64,000 bases of DNA from Myxococcota bacterium (lineage in GTDB: Bacteria; Myxococcota_A; SURF-8): assembly GCA_965140415.1 (NCBI GenBank), contig OZ223209.1:416001-480000 (forward strand), read 5' to 3'. A program made the position numbers and the translations under genes. The notes beneath the pieces are model-generated. The model searched no databases. It worked only from the letters and a program-made list of their open reading frames with translations, and was not told the DNA's origin. This document shows positions 1-10,404 of this stretch, piece after piece. The first letter of the stretch is position 1. The number at the start of each line of letters is the position of its first letter.

Positions 1-696
1 GATCGTCTGGCCGAAGCTCTGCGCCTCGTCCAGCCGGACATTGTAACCCAGAATGGTTTTGGAAATCTGCTGCGGGAAATACTGGGCCAGTTTCGCCACG
101 ATTTCGTTGGCAAGGCGGGTGTTGCGATACAATGTTGGAATCACCATACCCAGTTTCGGCGTTTCGCCGCCGTTTCGTTCCCGCACGGTCTGGATCGAAT
201 GCACGACTTCCGCGCAGCCGTCCATGGCCAGATAGGTCAGCGCCACCGGCACCACCACGAATTCGGAAGCCGCCAGAATGTTCGTCGTCACCAGCCCCGC
301 CGAAGGGGGCGAATCGATGAAGACGTAGTTGTAATCGGTCGTCGAGGCCAGTTTGGCGATGACCTGTTTCAAGCGCTGTTCGCGATCCTTTTTCACCGCC
401 AGCTTTTCCGGCAGATTCGAAATGGATTTATTGGAACAGATGATATCCAGCCGCTCGTAACGGGTGGTGACGATCGCCTCAGCCGGGTTGAAGCCGGGTG
501 TCGTCAGCACGTCGACGATGGAGTGCGGCACATCGCGCACCGGAATTCCCAGCGATTTACCTGCGTGACCCTGGCTGTCCATGTCGATCACGAGGGTTTT
601 CTTGCGCTTTTTCTGCGCGATATAGGAGGCGAAATTGACCGTTAACGTGGTCTTGCAGGTGCCTCCCTTTTCATTGATGAAGGAAACGACCTTCAC
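1..696 (-). CDS. ParA/Soj-family ATPase (3' end runs off window)
   Basis: Not in the ORF track; translated by hand from GTG at 696 (RBS AAGGAG): MKVVSFINEKGGTCKTT...VIDMDSQG...YVFIDSPPS...VVVPV...NVRLDEAQSFG. Deviant Walker A and Walker B present. GTGA overlap with upstream stop. Confidence 0.92.
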   Translation of the reverse strand, partial: MKVVSFINEKGGTCKTTLTVNFASYIAQKKRKKTLVIDMDSQGHAGKSLGIPVRDVPHSIVDVLTTPGFNPAEAIVTTRYERLDIICSNKSISNLPEKLAVKKDREQRLKQVIAKLASTTDYNYVFIDSPPSAGLVTTNILAASEFVVVPVALTYLAMDGCAEVVHSIQTVRERNGGETPKLGMVIPTLYRNTRLANEIVAKLAQYFPQQISKTILGYNVRLDEAQSFGQTI

Positions 697-1064
697 GCCG
701 AAATCTCCTTGCTTTTAGCGCCCTTGGCGCTGGATGCGCGTTTTTTTGCTGTCGTTTTAGGAACTTGAAGCGCATCCAGTTTGGTTTCCATACGTTCCAT
801 AATTTCCTCTACTGAAAACAGCCGATCTTCCAGCGCGTGCAGTTCTTCCTGCAATTTGGCGACATCGCCCTTGGTGGGAATGTTCACCTGCTCCAAAGCG
901 GCTGTAACGGATTTCTGAATGATATCACGAAATTCCAGAGATGCCAGCATCATTTTCTGAAAAGTCATCATGAAACGTTCGTTGTTCATGATCGCAGTTA
1001 ATGCCTCGGAAATGCGGTCACTGTACATGCCGCGCAGGTCGTCGAAAAAACGGGATTTTGTCAT
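693..1064 (-). CDS. Phasin/PhaE-like helical coiled-coil protein with Lys/Ala-rich tail
   Basis: NIPTKGDVAKLQEELHALEDRL resembles the NLPTRxD coiled-coil of PHA granule-associated proteins; tail KTTAKKRASSAKGAKSK. Start taken as ATG 1064. Confidence 0.55.
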   Translation of the reverse strand: MTKSRFFDDLRGMYSDRISEALTAIMNNERFMMTFQKMMLASLEFRDIIQKSVTAALEQVNIPTKGDVAKLQEELHALEDRLFSVEEIMERMETKLDALQVPKTTAKKRASSAKGAKSKEISA

Positions 1065-1327
1065 TGTCGTTACACCACTTTCACTTGGGTGACCCGGTGC
1101 CGTCGCCGGATTCCTCACCCTAACTAGTCGTTACTGAAATTGCAGCAGCCTCTGCCGTTACGGCGCTGGGAAGTATGGCATAACCTCGACTTTCAGACAA
1201 GGGAAAAGCTATACGGGATCACGATCCGTTTCGAGCGAATCGACTCCTTTCCTGTGACCATCCATCACCCGTTTCCGCCTCGATTCCGAACTGTCTTTTC
1301 TGTGGCTACAGCAGAGTCTGAAAGATA

Positions 1328-1356
1328 TTGACAGCCTAGGGTTGCTCTCCTATAGT
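1328..1356 (+). promoter_or_regulatory. sigma70-type promoter for RDD-smc-ftsY-ltaE
   Basis: TTGACA-17bp-TATAGT. Confidence 0.75.
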
Positions 1357-1416
1357 GACCTATCCAATTTTAGCCGGGGCGCGCGAGTCGTGTGCCGGAC
1401 GTGTGCAGGATGACGG

Positions 1417-1974
1417 ATGACAGAGCAGGAAAAACAACCGGAACCGGACGAGAACATCGAACCGGAGCAGAACCAGCCTCAACAAGCGGATAACGAGGCT
1501 AGCCAGCCGATTGCGCAGCTACTGGAAGAAGATCCGCAGGTGGCGGATCTGGTCTACCGTGTGTTGGCGCGTGCCATCGATTCAGTGGTGTTCACCATGT
1601 TTTGCGGAGTGGTGTATCCGGCTGGAATTTTTGCGGGTTTGCTGTATTTACTCATCGCCGATGGTCTGATGGAAGGCCGTTCGCTGGGCAAGCGCATTAT
1701 TCGCTTGCGGGTCGTATCCGATATCGACGGTTCCCCCATCGGCTTTCGCCGCGCGATGATCCGCAACAGCCCTTTCGTGCTGGTCTCTTTTTTCGCTGTC
1801 ATCCCGATCATCGGTTGGATTCTGTTGTTTACGGTCGGAATGCTGATTCTGGGTGCGGAACTCTATTTCGCCATCACCGATACACGCGGTCAGCGCATCG
1901 GAGATATTCTGGCGGGAACGCTGGTTGTAGACGACCGACCAACGCAGAATCATAAGCCGGATTACGAAATCTAG
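1417..1974 (+). CDS. RDD family membrane protein
   Basis: RVLARAID...GRSLGKR...IRN...GQRIGDILAGTLVV pattern, hydrophobic helices. Confidence 0.88.
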   Translation: MTEQEKQPEPDENIEPEQNQPQQADNEASQPIAQLLEEDPQVADLVYRVLARAIDSVVFTMFCGVVYPAGIFAGLLYLLIADGLMEGRSLGKRIIRLRVVSDIDGSPIGFRRAMIRNSPFVLVSFFAVIPIIGWILLFTVGMLILGAELYFAITDTRGQRIGDILAGTLVVDDRPTQNHKPDYEI

Positions 1975-2025
1975 GAGCGAGCGGCATCGCTCCATCCATT
2001 ACCGAGTGATTGGAACTGAATCTCA

Positions 2026-5000
2026 ATGCGAATCAAACGTCTGGACATCGTTGGGTTCAAATCTTTTCCCAACAAAACCACCCTGCTGTTCGACAAGCCC
2101 ATTGTGGGTGTAGTCGGTCCCAACGGCTGCGGAAAATCCAATATCGTGGATGCCATTCGCTGGGTCATGGGCGAGCAGGGAATGAAGGCTTTACGTGGCC
2201 GCAATCGCGAGGATGTCATTTTCGCCGGTTCGGAAAGCCGCGCTCCCAGCGGAGTGGCGGAAGTCACCTTGACTTTCGATAACAGCGACCGCTTGGCCCC
2301 GCCGCAGTACGTCGATTACGCCGAGATCGCCATCACGCGTAAACTCTACCGAAACGGCGACAGTGACTACCTGATCAACAACACCGAATGCCGCCTGAAA
2401 GACATTACCGATATTTTTCTTGGAACCGGTGTCGGCAACAAAGCCTATTCCATTATAGAACAGGGTCGTATTTCCTTAATCGTTTCGGCCAAACCGGAAG
2501 ATCGTCGCTTTATGATCGAAGAAGCGGCGGGCATCACCAAGTACAATACACGCAAACGCGAAGCCGAGCGCAAAATGGCCGCCACGCGGCAGAACCTGCT
2601 GCGCGTCAATGACATCATAACCGAACTGAAAAAGCAGCTCGGTTCGTTATCCAGGCAGGCGAAAAAAGCCGAACGCTACCGCGAATATAAAGCACAGTAT
2701 AAACAACTGGATCTGCGTTTCAGCGCTCATGACTATGCCGAAATCGTGCGGCAGGGCCAGGTGATTATTGACCGCATCGCAGAACTGGAGCAGGGCATCA
2801 CCGATAATGCCAACAAGCTATTGGCCCTGGAAGGCGAAGTCAATGCGCGTAACCTGCAACTGGCCGAGTGGGAACAGAAAGTCACTACTGAGCAGGAAGA
2901 AGCCATTCGTCTGGATCAGCAGATCAGTTTATCCGAGCGCGATCTGCAAAGTTACAGCGAGGAAATCGAACGCATTTCCGCACGCAAGCTGGAATTCGAA
3001 CGCGAAGCGGAAGACCTGATTCAACAACTGGACACCCAGAAACGTCTGGTCGAGCAGTTGGAAGGAGAACAGCGCCGGGCCGTGGAGCAGGCGCAACTTT
3101 TCGAAGGCGAACTGGCCGACGTTCAGGAGCGCAGCCGCGCCGTACTGGATGATCTGGGGCAGAAACAAAACGATGCCGAACGCTTAAAGCGTACGATCAA
3201 CGAATCCATTTTAAATGCCGACCGGGCGCGGCATCGGCTGGAAACCATTCGCCAGCGCGCCAATGAGAACGTCGAACGCACCGAACGCAATCGACGCGAA
3301 AAACTCGAACTGGAAACCCAGCACGACGAGCAGGAAGCCCAGCGCGAAGTATTCCTGAACGATCTTGGTGGCTTGCGACAAATGAAGCTGCGACTGGATA
3401 CCGAACGCACCGAAACCACGGATCGGTTGTCCGCCGAGCATGAAGCCTATCTCGACGTGGAAGAACGCCTGACCAATGAACGCGACTCGTTCACGGCGGT
3501 GCGCTCGCGTCTGGATTCTCTACAGGAACTGGACCGCAGCCTGGAAGGTTTCGGCGAGGGTGTCAAGGCGGTGATCGGTGCGTCTGAGGGACGCTTTGAC
3601 GACGGCGAACTGGTTGACGTGCTGGCGCGTCTGGTGGAAGTGGACGTCGAGCACGAAAAAGCATTGAGCGCGGCATTGGGCGAACGTTTACAGTGGCTCG
3701 TGGTGCGTGACCGACAGGCCGGTCATAAAGGACTCTCTTTATTGGAAGAGTTGCAGGCCGGGCGCGCGGGCTTTATCCCTTCTCAAGGGATGCTGCCGCA
3801 ACATGACGATGCGCCTGAAAACTGCCGCAGCCTGCTGGAAGTCGTGCGCGTCAAGCCGGAAGGCGGCGACAGCATGGAGCGGCTGCTGTCTGGTGTGATG
3901 CTGGTGCCGGATATGGCCACGGCGGAAAGCGAATGGGAACGCTGCAACGGGCGCTATTCCTTCGTCACGCCGGAAGGTGTATTGCTTGATTCCAGCGGCG
4001 CAATTTACGGTGGCGGTGGAGAAAGCATTTCGCAGGCGTTGTTGAAACGGCAACGCGAAATGCAGCAATTGTCTAGCCAGAAAACAGAACTAGCGGCATC
4101 TTGCGAACAACTGGCGCTATTGCGCGACGAGCACCTGCAACGCATCCGCTCGCTGGAACGCCAGGTCGAATCCACCCGCCAGGAAGGTCACCGGCAGGAA
4201 ATCAAGATCCTGGAGCAGGAAAAAGACCTGCGCCATTTGGAAGACGGTATCGATCAGCTTCGGCGGCGGTTGGAATCGCTGGAACGCGAATTTCACGCTT
4301 ACCAAAGCGAAATGGGTGAGTTACAGGAACAGCGTCGCGAACAGGAAGCGAAACTCGAACAGGAAACGGACACGCAACAGCGCTCGGAACGGCAGTTGCA
4401 AAGCGCGCAGATCGAATTGGCTGAATTGTCCGAGCGGCGCGAACTGATTTCCCGCGAATTGACCGATAAACAGGTGCAACTGGCCGAAGCCTCGCAGAAA
4501 CGGCGACATCTGGAGAGCGAATTGAAGATGAGCCGCCAGCGGGAAGTCGATCTGGCCGGGCGGCGGGAGAAAATCACTTTCGATCGCGAACAGGGCGACA
4601 GCCGCAATGAGCAACTCACGCGCCTGATCGAAGTCTCGCGTGAAAAGCGCGAAACGACCATTCAACAGCGCGAACAGATGGAAGCCAACCTGCGTAAGCA
4701 ACGCGAGGAACTCAGCCACGAGCAGGAAGCCTTGCGCGACATGGCCGAGCAGGTACGCGCCGCACGGCACAAGCAGGAAGAACTGAACGGGCAGTTGTCC
4801 GAGTCCAAGCTGACGCGCAACGAATTATCCTTTAAATCCAAGCACCTTGAAGAACGCATCCAGGAACGATATGGCCTGGATCTGGGCAAGGACTATTTCG
4901 AATACATCACCGAGGAAGAACCGGGCGAAAAAGAACGCGACGAAATGGAGCGCATCAAGGGACACATCGAGCGCATCGGCGATGTGAACCTGGGTGCGAT

Positions 5001-5568
5001 TTCGGAGTACGACCAGGTCAGCGAACGCTATCAATTCCTGCTGGATCAGGAGGAAGATCTCAAGCGCTCGCTGGATATGCTGGAAAACGCCATCAAGAAA
5101 ATCAACCGCACCACGCGCAAGCGCTTCAAGGAAACCTTCGAAGAAGTCAACCGGCGTTTCTCCGAATTGTATCCGCAGCTTTTCGGCGGCGGCGAGGCGC
5201 GCCTGGAAATTCTGGACCCGCAGGACATGCTGCATACCGGTCTGGAAATCGTCGCGCGACCTCCGGGTAAAAAGTTACAGGCGGTAAGCCTGCTCTCCGG
5301 TGGTGAAAAGGCGTTAACAGCGGTCAGCCTGATTTTTGCGATCTTTTTGTATCGCCCCACGCCATTCTGTCTGCTCGATGAGGTCGATGCGCCGTTGGAT
5401 GACATCAACATCAGCCGTTTCAACTCGACGGTCAAGCGCATCTCCAAGTTGAGCCAGTTCATCCTGATCACACACAACAAGAAAACCATGGAAATCACCA
5501 ACACGCTTTACGGCGTGACGATGGAAGAACCGGGTATTTCCAAAATTGTTTCCGTAAATTTGACCTAA
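2026..5568 (+). CDS. smc: Chromosome segregation protein SMC
   Basis: GFKSF, GPNGCGKSN Walker A, long coiled coils with hinge, LSGGEK signature, LLDEVDAPLD Walker B. Confidence 0.98.
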   Translation: MRIKRLDIVGFKSFPNKTTLLFDKPIVGVVGPNGCGKSNIVDAIRWVMGEQGMKALRGRNREDVIFAGSESRAPSGVAEVTLTFDNSDRLAPPQYVDYAEIAITRKLYRNGDSDYLINNTECRLKDITDIFLGTGVGNKAYSIIEQGRISLIVSAKPEDRRFMIEEAAGITKYNTRKREAERKMAATRQNLLRVNDIITELKKQLGSLSRQAKKAERYREYKAQYKQLDLRFSAHDYAEIVRQGQVIIDRIAELEQGITDNANKLLALEGEVNARNLQLAEWEQKVTTEQEEAIRLDQQISLSERDLQSYSEEIERISARKLEFEREAEDLIQQLDTQKRLVEQLEGEQRRAVEQAQLFEGELADVQERSRAVLDDLGQKQNDAERLKRTINESILNADRARHRLETIRQRANENVERTERNRREKLELETQHDEQEAQREVFLNDLGGLRQMKLRLDTERTETTDRLSAEHEAYLDVEERLTNERDSFTAVRSRLDSLQELDRSLEGFGEGVKAVIGASEGRFDDGELVDVLARLVEVDVEHEKALSAALGERLQWLVVRDRQAGHKGLSLLEELQAGRAGFIPSQGMLPQHDDAPENCRSLLEVVRVKPEGGDSMERLLSGVMLVPDMATAESEWERCNGRYSFVTPEGVLLDSSGAIYGGGGESISQALLKRQREMQQLSSQKTELAASCEQLALLRDEHLQRIRSLERQVESTRQEGHRQEIKILEQEKDLRHLEDGIDQLRRRLESLEREFHAYQSEMGELQEQRREQEAKLEQETDTQQRSERQLQSAQIELAELSERRELISRELTDKQVQLAEASQKRRHLESELKMSRQREVDLAGRREKITFDREQGDSRNEQLTRLIEVSREKRETTIQQREQMEANLRKQREELSHEQEALRDMAEQVRAARHKQEELNGQLSESKLTRNELSFKSKHLEERIQERYGLDLGKDYFEYITEEEPGEKERDEMERIKGHIERIGDVNLGAISEYDQVSERYQFLLDQEEDLKRSLDMLENAIKKINRTTRKRFKETFEEVNRRFSELYPQLFGGGEARLEILDPQDMLHTGLEIVARPPGKKLQAVSLLSGGEKALTAVSLIFAIFLYRPTPFCLLDEVDAPLDDINISRFNSTVKRISKLSQFILITHNKKTMEITNTLYGVTMEEPGISKIVSVNLT

Positions 5569-5582
5569 GGAATTAGCGAACG

Positions 5583-7061
5583 ATGGAATCGATAGACCTG
5601 CAAGCCCTGACCGAAGTTATTTTGGGCAACGACCTTTATTTTTACAGCCTCATCGGCGCGGGCGTGCTCGTACTGGTGTTGATCACCTGGCGCTTGATCC
5701 GTTCCGGTTCTTCGAAACTGGAAGAAGAAATCGATGAGGATACGGAAGCCACGCCGCAGGAGCGTATCGTCGATCAGGTAATGGGCGATGTTGCCAGCCG
5801 ACCCGCAGGCGGTGAACGCATCGAAGAACCGCTGATCCAGCACGAGCCCGCCGACAGCGGGGAAGAACGTCAGGCGCTCGACACCGACACCGTGCAGGTT
5901 CTGGCCAAGATTTCCACCGATTCGCAGTTGCCGGTCGACTACGACGTTCAACCGGTAGGGACGCCTTCCCAGGAAAAAATGCTGGAGCGCGGCAAAGCGC
6001 AGGAAATACTGGAAGAGGAAGCGGAAGCAGAAGAAACCGCCCCCGTTGCCGAAGCCGAGCCAGAGGCTGAACCTGCTCCCGAACCGGAGCCGGAACCTGA
6101 GCCGGAACCGGAACCTGAACCCAAGCCCGAACCGAAAAAGAAAGAAGAAAAGCCCAAACCCGAGCCTAAAACGCTGGAGGAGGGGCTGGCCAAAACCAAG
6201 GGCGGCTTTATCAGCAAATTGAATCGTCTGGTATTGGGCAAAAAGCAGATCGACGAAAACGTCTTTGAAGAACTGGAAGAAATCTTATACGAAGCGGATA
6301 TCGGCCCCACCGCTACGCGCCTGTTCCAGGCTGTGACCGAGCAGGCCAAGCGCAAGGAACTGAAAGATCCCGCTCGCATCAAAGAACTGCTTAAAGAGGA
6401 AATCTCGCAGATTCTGCAAAAAGCGGAAGCTCCTTACGAACCGACTGGTCCGGCTCCTCATGTTTTACTGATGGTAGGTGTCAACGGTGTGGGAAAAACC
6501 ACGACCATCGGAAAGCTGGCCAAGAAATTCTGCGACGAAGGCAAGAGCGTGGTGCTGGCTGCGGGCGATACCTTCCGGGCGGCGGCAGCGGAACAACTGA
6601 CGATCTGGAGCGAGCGCAGCGGCGCGGAGATCATCTCCGGCGAAGAAGGCGCCAATCCTTCCGGCCTGTTGTATTCGGCGGTGCAGTCGGCCAAGTCGCG
6701 CAATGCCGATTTCTTGATCGCGGATACCGCCGGACGGTTGCACACCAAGTACAACCTGATGGAAGAACTGCGCAAAATGAAGAATGTGGCGGCCAAAGCA
6801 CTGGAACGCGAACCCGATGAGATCTGGCTGGTGATCGACGCCAACACCGGTCAGAACGCGGTGAATCAGGCTGCCAAATTCCACGAATCGCTGGGCTTGA
6901 CCGGCATCATTCTGACCAAGCTGGACGGCACCGCCAAAGGCGGCGTGGTCATCGGCATCACCGATCAACTGGGTCTGCCCATCCGTTACATCGGTATCGG
7001 TGAGGGAGCCGAGGATCTGCGACCCTTCAAGGCCGCGGAGTTCGTGGACGCACTGTTCTAA
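5583..7061 (+). CDS. ftsY: SRP receptor FtsY with N-terminal TM helix and acidic (EP)n linker
   Basis: GVNGVGKTTT, DTFRAAA, DTAGRLH, TKLDGTAKGG. Confidence 0.97.
   Translation: MESIDLQALTEVILGNDLYFYSLIGAGVLVLVLITWRLIRSGSSKLEEEIDEDTEATPQERIVDQVMGDVASRPAGGERIEEPLIQHEPADSGEERQALDTDTVQVLAKISTDSQLPVDYDVQPVGTPSQEKMLERGKAQEILEEEAEAEETAPVAEAEPEAEPAPEPEPEPEPEPEPEPKPEPKKKEEKPKPEPKTLEEGLAKTKGGFISKLNRLVLGKKQIDENVFEELEEILYEADIGPTATRLFQAVTEQAKRKELKDPARIKELLKEEISQILQKAEAPYEPTGPAPHVLLMVGVNGVGKTTTIGKLAKKFCDEGKSVVLAAGDTFRAAAAEQLTIWSERSGAEIISGEEGANPSGLLYSAVQSAKSRNADFLIADTAGRLHTKYNLMEELRKMKNVAAKALEREPDEIWLVIDANTGQNAVNQAAKFHESLGLTGIILTKLDGTAKGGVVIGITDQLGLPIRYIGIGEGAEDLRPFKAAEFVDALF
6050..6170 (+). repeat. Glu-Pro dipeptide (6-bp) low-complexity repeat in ftsY
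   Basis: EAEPEAEPAPEPEPEPEPEPEPEPKPEPK. Confidence 0.85.
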
Positions 7062-7103
7062 AAAAAAACGGACCCATCCATTCCGATTGAACGAGGCATC
7101 ATC

Positions 7104-8138
7104 ATGTCCGCCGCACCCATCGATTTACGCTCCGATACGGTTACTCTTCCGACACAGGCCATGCGGGAAGCCATGTTTAGCTGCGAGGTCGGCGACGACG
7201 TACTGGGCGAAGACCCGACGATCAACCGCCTGGAGCGCAGCTTCGCAAACCTGCTTGGCAAAGAAGCCGCACTGTTCGTTCCCAGCGGAACTTTCGCCAA
7301 CCAATGCGCCGTTATGACGCATACCGAATCCGGCAACGAGATTATCCTGTCGGAAGACTGCCACATTTTGCAACACGAGGCGGGGGCTTCGGCGCTGTTG
7401 TCGCGCGTGCAATTGCGCACGGTTTCTCCAGCAAACGGCAGCCACCTCACGGCAAAGGAAATCCTGCCGCGCATTCGTATCGGGGATGACATCCACTATC
7501 CGCGCACGAGCCTGATTTGTATCGAGCAGGCCACCGCCTGGGGCAGCCTGTATCCCATCGACGAAATGAAGGCGATTGCGGAATTGGCGAAAACGCACGA
7601 CCTGCGGGTGCATATCGACGGCGCGCGGCTGTTCAACGCCGCCAGCGCCTTGAACGTAGAAGCTCGTGAACTGGCCGCCTACGGCGATTCGGTCAGCGTG
7701 TGTCTTTCCAAAGGTTTGTGCGCCCCGGTCGGCTCGTTGTTGGCGGGAACGGCGGAGTTTATCGCCCAGGCCAGGCGAAACCGCAAAATCATGGGCGGCG
7801 GCATGCGACAGGCCGGTTTTCTGGCGGCGGCGGGCGAAATCGCGCTGGATCAGATGCGCCTGCGCCTGGAAGATGACCACCTCCATGCACGCCTGTTGGC
7901 GGAGGCCATCCAAGCCCTGCCGGGGTTGACGCTTACCCGTCCCTGCCAGATCAACATGGTGTTCTTCAAGAACGAAACCGGGCGCATCGATGATGCACAG
8001 GCCTTGCAAGCGTTATACGAAAAGGGCATCTGGACCTATCCACCGGAAGGCGGCGAATTCCGGCTCGTCACGCACCACGGCGTTGAACGAGACGACATCG
8101 AGCGCGCCGTCCAGGCCATTCAAACCATATTCGCTTAG
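7104..8138 (+). CDS. ltaE: Low-specificity L-threonine aldolase (PLP)
   Basis: DLRSDTVT, GDDVLGEDPT, HIDGARLFNA, CLSKGLCAPVGS, GGGMRQAG. Confidence 0.93.
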   Translation: MSAAPIDLRSDTVTLPTQAMREAMFSCEVGDDVLGEDPTINRLERSFANLLGKEAALFVPSGTFANQCAVMTHTESGNEIILSEDCHILQHEAGASALLSRVQLRTVSPANGSHLTAKEILPRIRIGDDIHYPRTSLICIEQATAWGSLYPIDEMKAIAELAKTHDLRVHIDGARLFNAASALNVEARELAAYGDSVSVCLSKGLCAPVGSLLAGTAEFIAQARRNRKIMGGGMRQAGFLAAAGEIALDQMRLRLEDDHLHARLLAEAIQALPGLTLTRPCQINMVFFKNETGRIDDAQALQALYEKGIWTYPPEGGEFRLVTHHGVERDDIERAVQAIQTIFA

Positions 8139-8146
8139 AGCTTCTC

Positions 8147-10156
8147 TTATTCGGCTTCCCACCAGATCGGCGAAGACCAGGCCCGTTCCTGATGTGTTTT
8201 CGGAATGGCGCTGTCCGAGCAGCCTTCCGGCAACTCGTCCGCGTTTTCCGGGTTGCAGTCGTAGGCGACCCAGCGACAGCTTGGATTCTCGATGACACGC
8301 GCGTAGTACAAGGCATCCTGGCTCGGATCGAAATCGGGATCGCTCCAGATGGCACACAACTGCTGCTCGCCTTCACCGGTGCGCTCGCAGCTCTGCTCGT
8401 CCACAGCGGCTTCTTCCTGATCGCTTTGGGCCACGTCGAAAACCTGTTGCTGCGGTTTGCCGTCGGAGTCGATCCACACCTTGATAATTTGCGCCCGTTG
8501 TAACGGAGTCCCCGGATTTTCGAAGCTTCCTTCATCCGCTTCCGCATAAATCATGAACACCGGTTCATCGCCCTCTTCTTCAGGTGAAGAAAGATCCGAG
8601 CCCATCGGAACACCCTTTTCGTAGCCTTCTGCAACCAGTTGCTCCGGGTCCAGACACAAGTTTTCCGAGTAGCCATAACCACCGAAAAAGCGCAGACGAA
8701 TGCGCGGGCCACTGGTGGTGTAGATTTCCCGGCGCTGCATCGCATCGAAAATGGCGTCCCGGCTTTTCTCCTGCGCCCAGACCGCCGCCAGTCCACCCGG
8801 ATTGTACATGCGCGGATTATGGGTAAACGTCCCTTCGCCCAGCCGCTTGGCCGCCGTGTCATCCACCATACCTACATGACCCAAAAAGCCGACTTCTGAC
8901 ACCATTCCCGGCGTTCCGTTGTGATTGTCCGTGCTGCCGATAACGCCGCTCTTATACGGATTCACGCCCAGGCGTTGACGTTCCTGCAAGCCGAAAGCCC
9001 AGACGTTGCGGATGTAATCCAATTTGGACAAGCACCCGAAGCCGTTGACGCCACCCCAGCCGGGCGTGTCGCCGCAGTCATCGAATTCGCTTTCACGGAT
9101 CTTTTCGAAGTCGCAATAGGGATCTTCCGGGATGCCCTCGAACCCGTTTTTACATTCCATATCGCCTTTGTGCTGCATCCCTTCCAGAACCGGTTCCATT
9201 TGCAAGCGCAGTTGCGCCTGATCGCGCTGGCTTTGCAGGCTTTCATCTTCGGAATAATACGGCGTATACAAGTTGCCGTTAGACCAGTTGGAGTTATGGG
9301 GAAGAACCATCACGTCGCAGCCGTTGTCATTGTCCAGGCAGTTGCTTTGCAAATGCTTCCACAGATCCGTTGCGATCGGATACTCGTAATACGCCGGTGG
9401 CAGATCCGTGAACAATGCATTTCGGAACATGACGACGCGATGCCAGTTGACCACCCCTGCCGAGCCGGTGTACTCGTAGCCGGGAAAGGTAACGAACTCG
9501 CAACTAGCCGTGCGATCATAGGCGCGTTCAGCGGACTCGCGCACCATCTGCCAGGCCATCTCGGCGTACTGCCGACATAAAGCCAGATCGTCGCCGCAGA
9601 TTTCTTCCATCCGCTTCGGCTCGTCCGTGGCCAAGCGCACTCCCCATTGTGTCACACGGCTTTGTCCGCCTTCGCGATAGTCTTTGCAGGCTTCGTTAGT
9701 ATAGGCGGGAGAATCTTCCAGGGTACAAAGCAGATGCTCGCCGAAATATTCGATGTGATCGGAAAGACCGACGAAATCAAGCGGGCGGTCGATTTGAGCC
9801 TGACGCGTTCCTTTTCCCGTTCCATCCAAAGGCGGCAGCCACACGCTCTCTCCTTTTGCAAAGGCATAGGCTTCATCCATCGAAGTACGCACGTCATAGC
9901 CAAAGGCGTCCCAGGACAATGACGAGTGGGCGTGCCAGTCTCCGAAATAGAGATTGCGCAAGGGGTTGAAATCATTGCAGGCTTCTCGCTCTTCGGTATA
10001 TTCGAACAGGCGCTGCTCGGCTAACGAATCCGTATCGCCATCGGTTTCATATTCTGAATCCGCATCCCCGAACCACTCGTTTTCGTCGCCATCGGAGCAG
10101 GCAAGCGTTAACATGAGGATCGAGCATAAAGTCACTAACCAACCGTACACGTTCAT
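8147..10156 (-). CDS. DUF3604-family (PHP-like metallohydrolase) lipoprotein
   Basis: Lipobox LTLAC, FGDWHAHSSLSWDA, LDFVGLSDH, IGSTDNHNGTPG, YTTSGPRI, YYARVIENPSCRW, QERAWSSPIW; start ATG 10156. Confidence 0.85.
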   Translation of the reverse strand: MNVYGWLVTLCSILMLTLACSDGDENEWFGDADSEYETDGDTDSLAEQRLFEYTEEREACNDFNPLRNLYFGDWHAHSSLSWDAFGYDVRTSMDEAYAFAKGESVWLPPLDGTGKGTRQAQIDRPLDFVGLSDHIEYFGEHLLCTLEDSPAYTNEACKDYREGGQSRVTQWGVRLATDEPKRMEEICGDDLALCRQYAEMAWQMVRESAERAYDRTASCEFVTFPGYEYTGSAGVVNWHRVVMFRNALFTDLPPAYYEYPIATDLWKHLQSNCLDNDNGCDVMVLPHNSNWSNGNLYTPYYSEDESLQSQRDQAQLRLQMEPVLEGMQHKGDMECKNGFEGIPEDPYCDFEKIRESEFDDCGDTPGWGGVNGFGCLSKLDYIRNVWAFGLQERQRLGVNPYKSGVIGSTDNHNGTPGMVSEVGFLGHVGMVDDTAAKRLGEGTFTHNPRMYNPGGLAAVWAQEKSRDAIFDAMQRREIYTTSGPRIRLRFFGGYGYSENLCLDPEQLVAEGYEKGVPMGSDLSSPEEEGDEPVFMIYAEADEGSFENPGTPLQRAQIIKVWIDSDGKPQQQVFDVAQSDQEEAAVDEQSCERTGEGEQQLCAIWSDPDFDPSQDALYYARVIENPSCRWVAYDCNPENADELPEGCSDSAIPKTHQERAWSSPIWWEAE

Positions 10157-10325
10157 TTGAAATCCTTTGGTGAAAATTCCTCGGCACAACTGACATGTCA
10201 TTCTATTTCCGGTTGCGCGTAATGCAAGGAGATTTTGGAGTTGGGGCGGGATTACTCGGGTAATATAGAGGTAGCAATTTCCAGAAATGAAGACCTGTTA
10301 GGCTCGATTGATCCTGCCTAAACTC

Positions 10326-10353
10326 TTGACAAACCGGGGCCTAGGGGTACTGT
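10326..10353 (+). promoter_or_regulatory. Putative sigma70 promoter for ammonia-lyase operon
   Basis: TTGACA-16bp-TACTGT. Confidence 0.5.
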
Positions 10354-10404
10354 TAAGCAAGTTGAAAATATGGAAATACCGGAAGGTTAGATAGCGTGCG
10401 AGAG

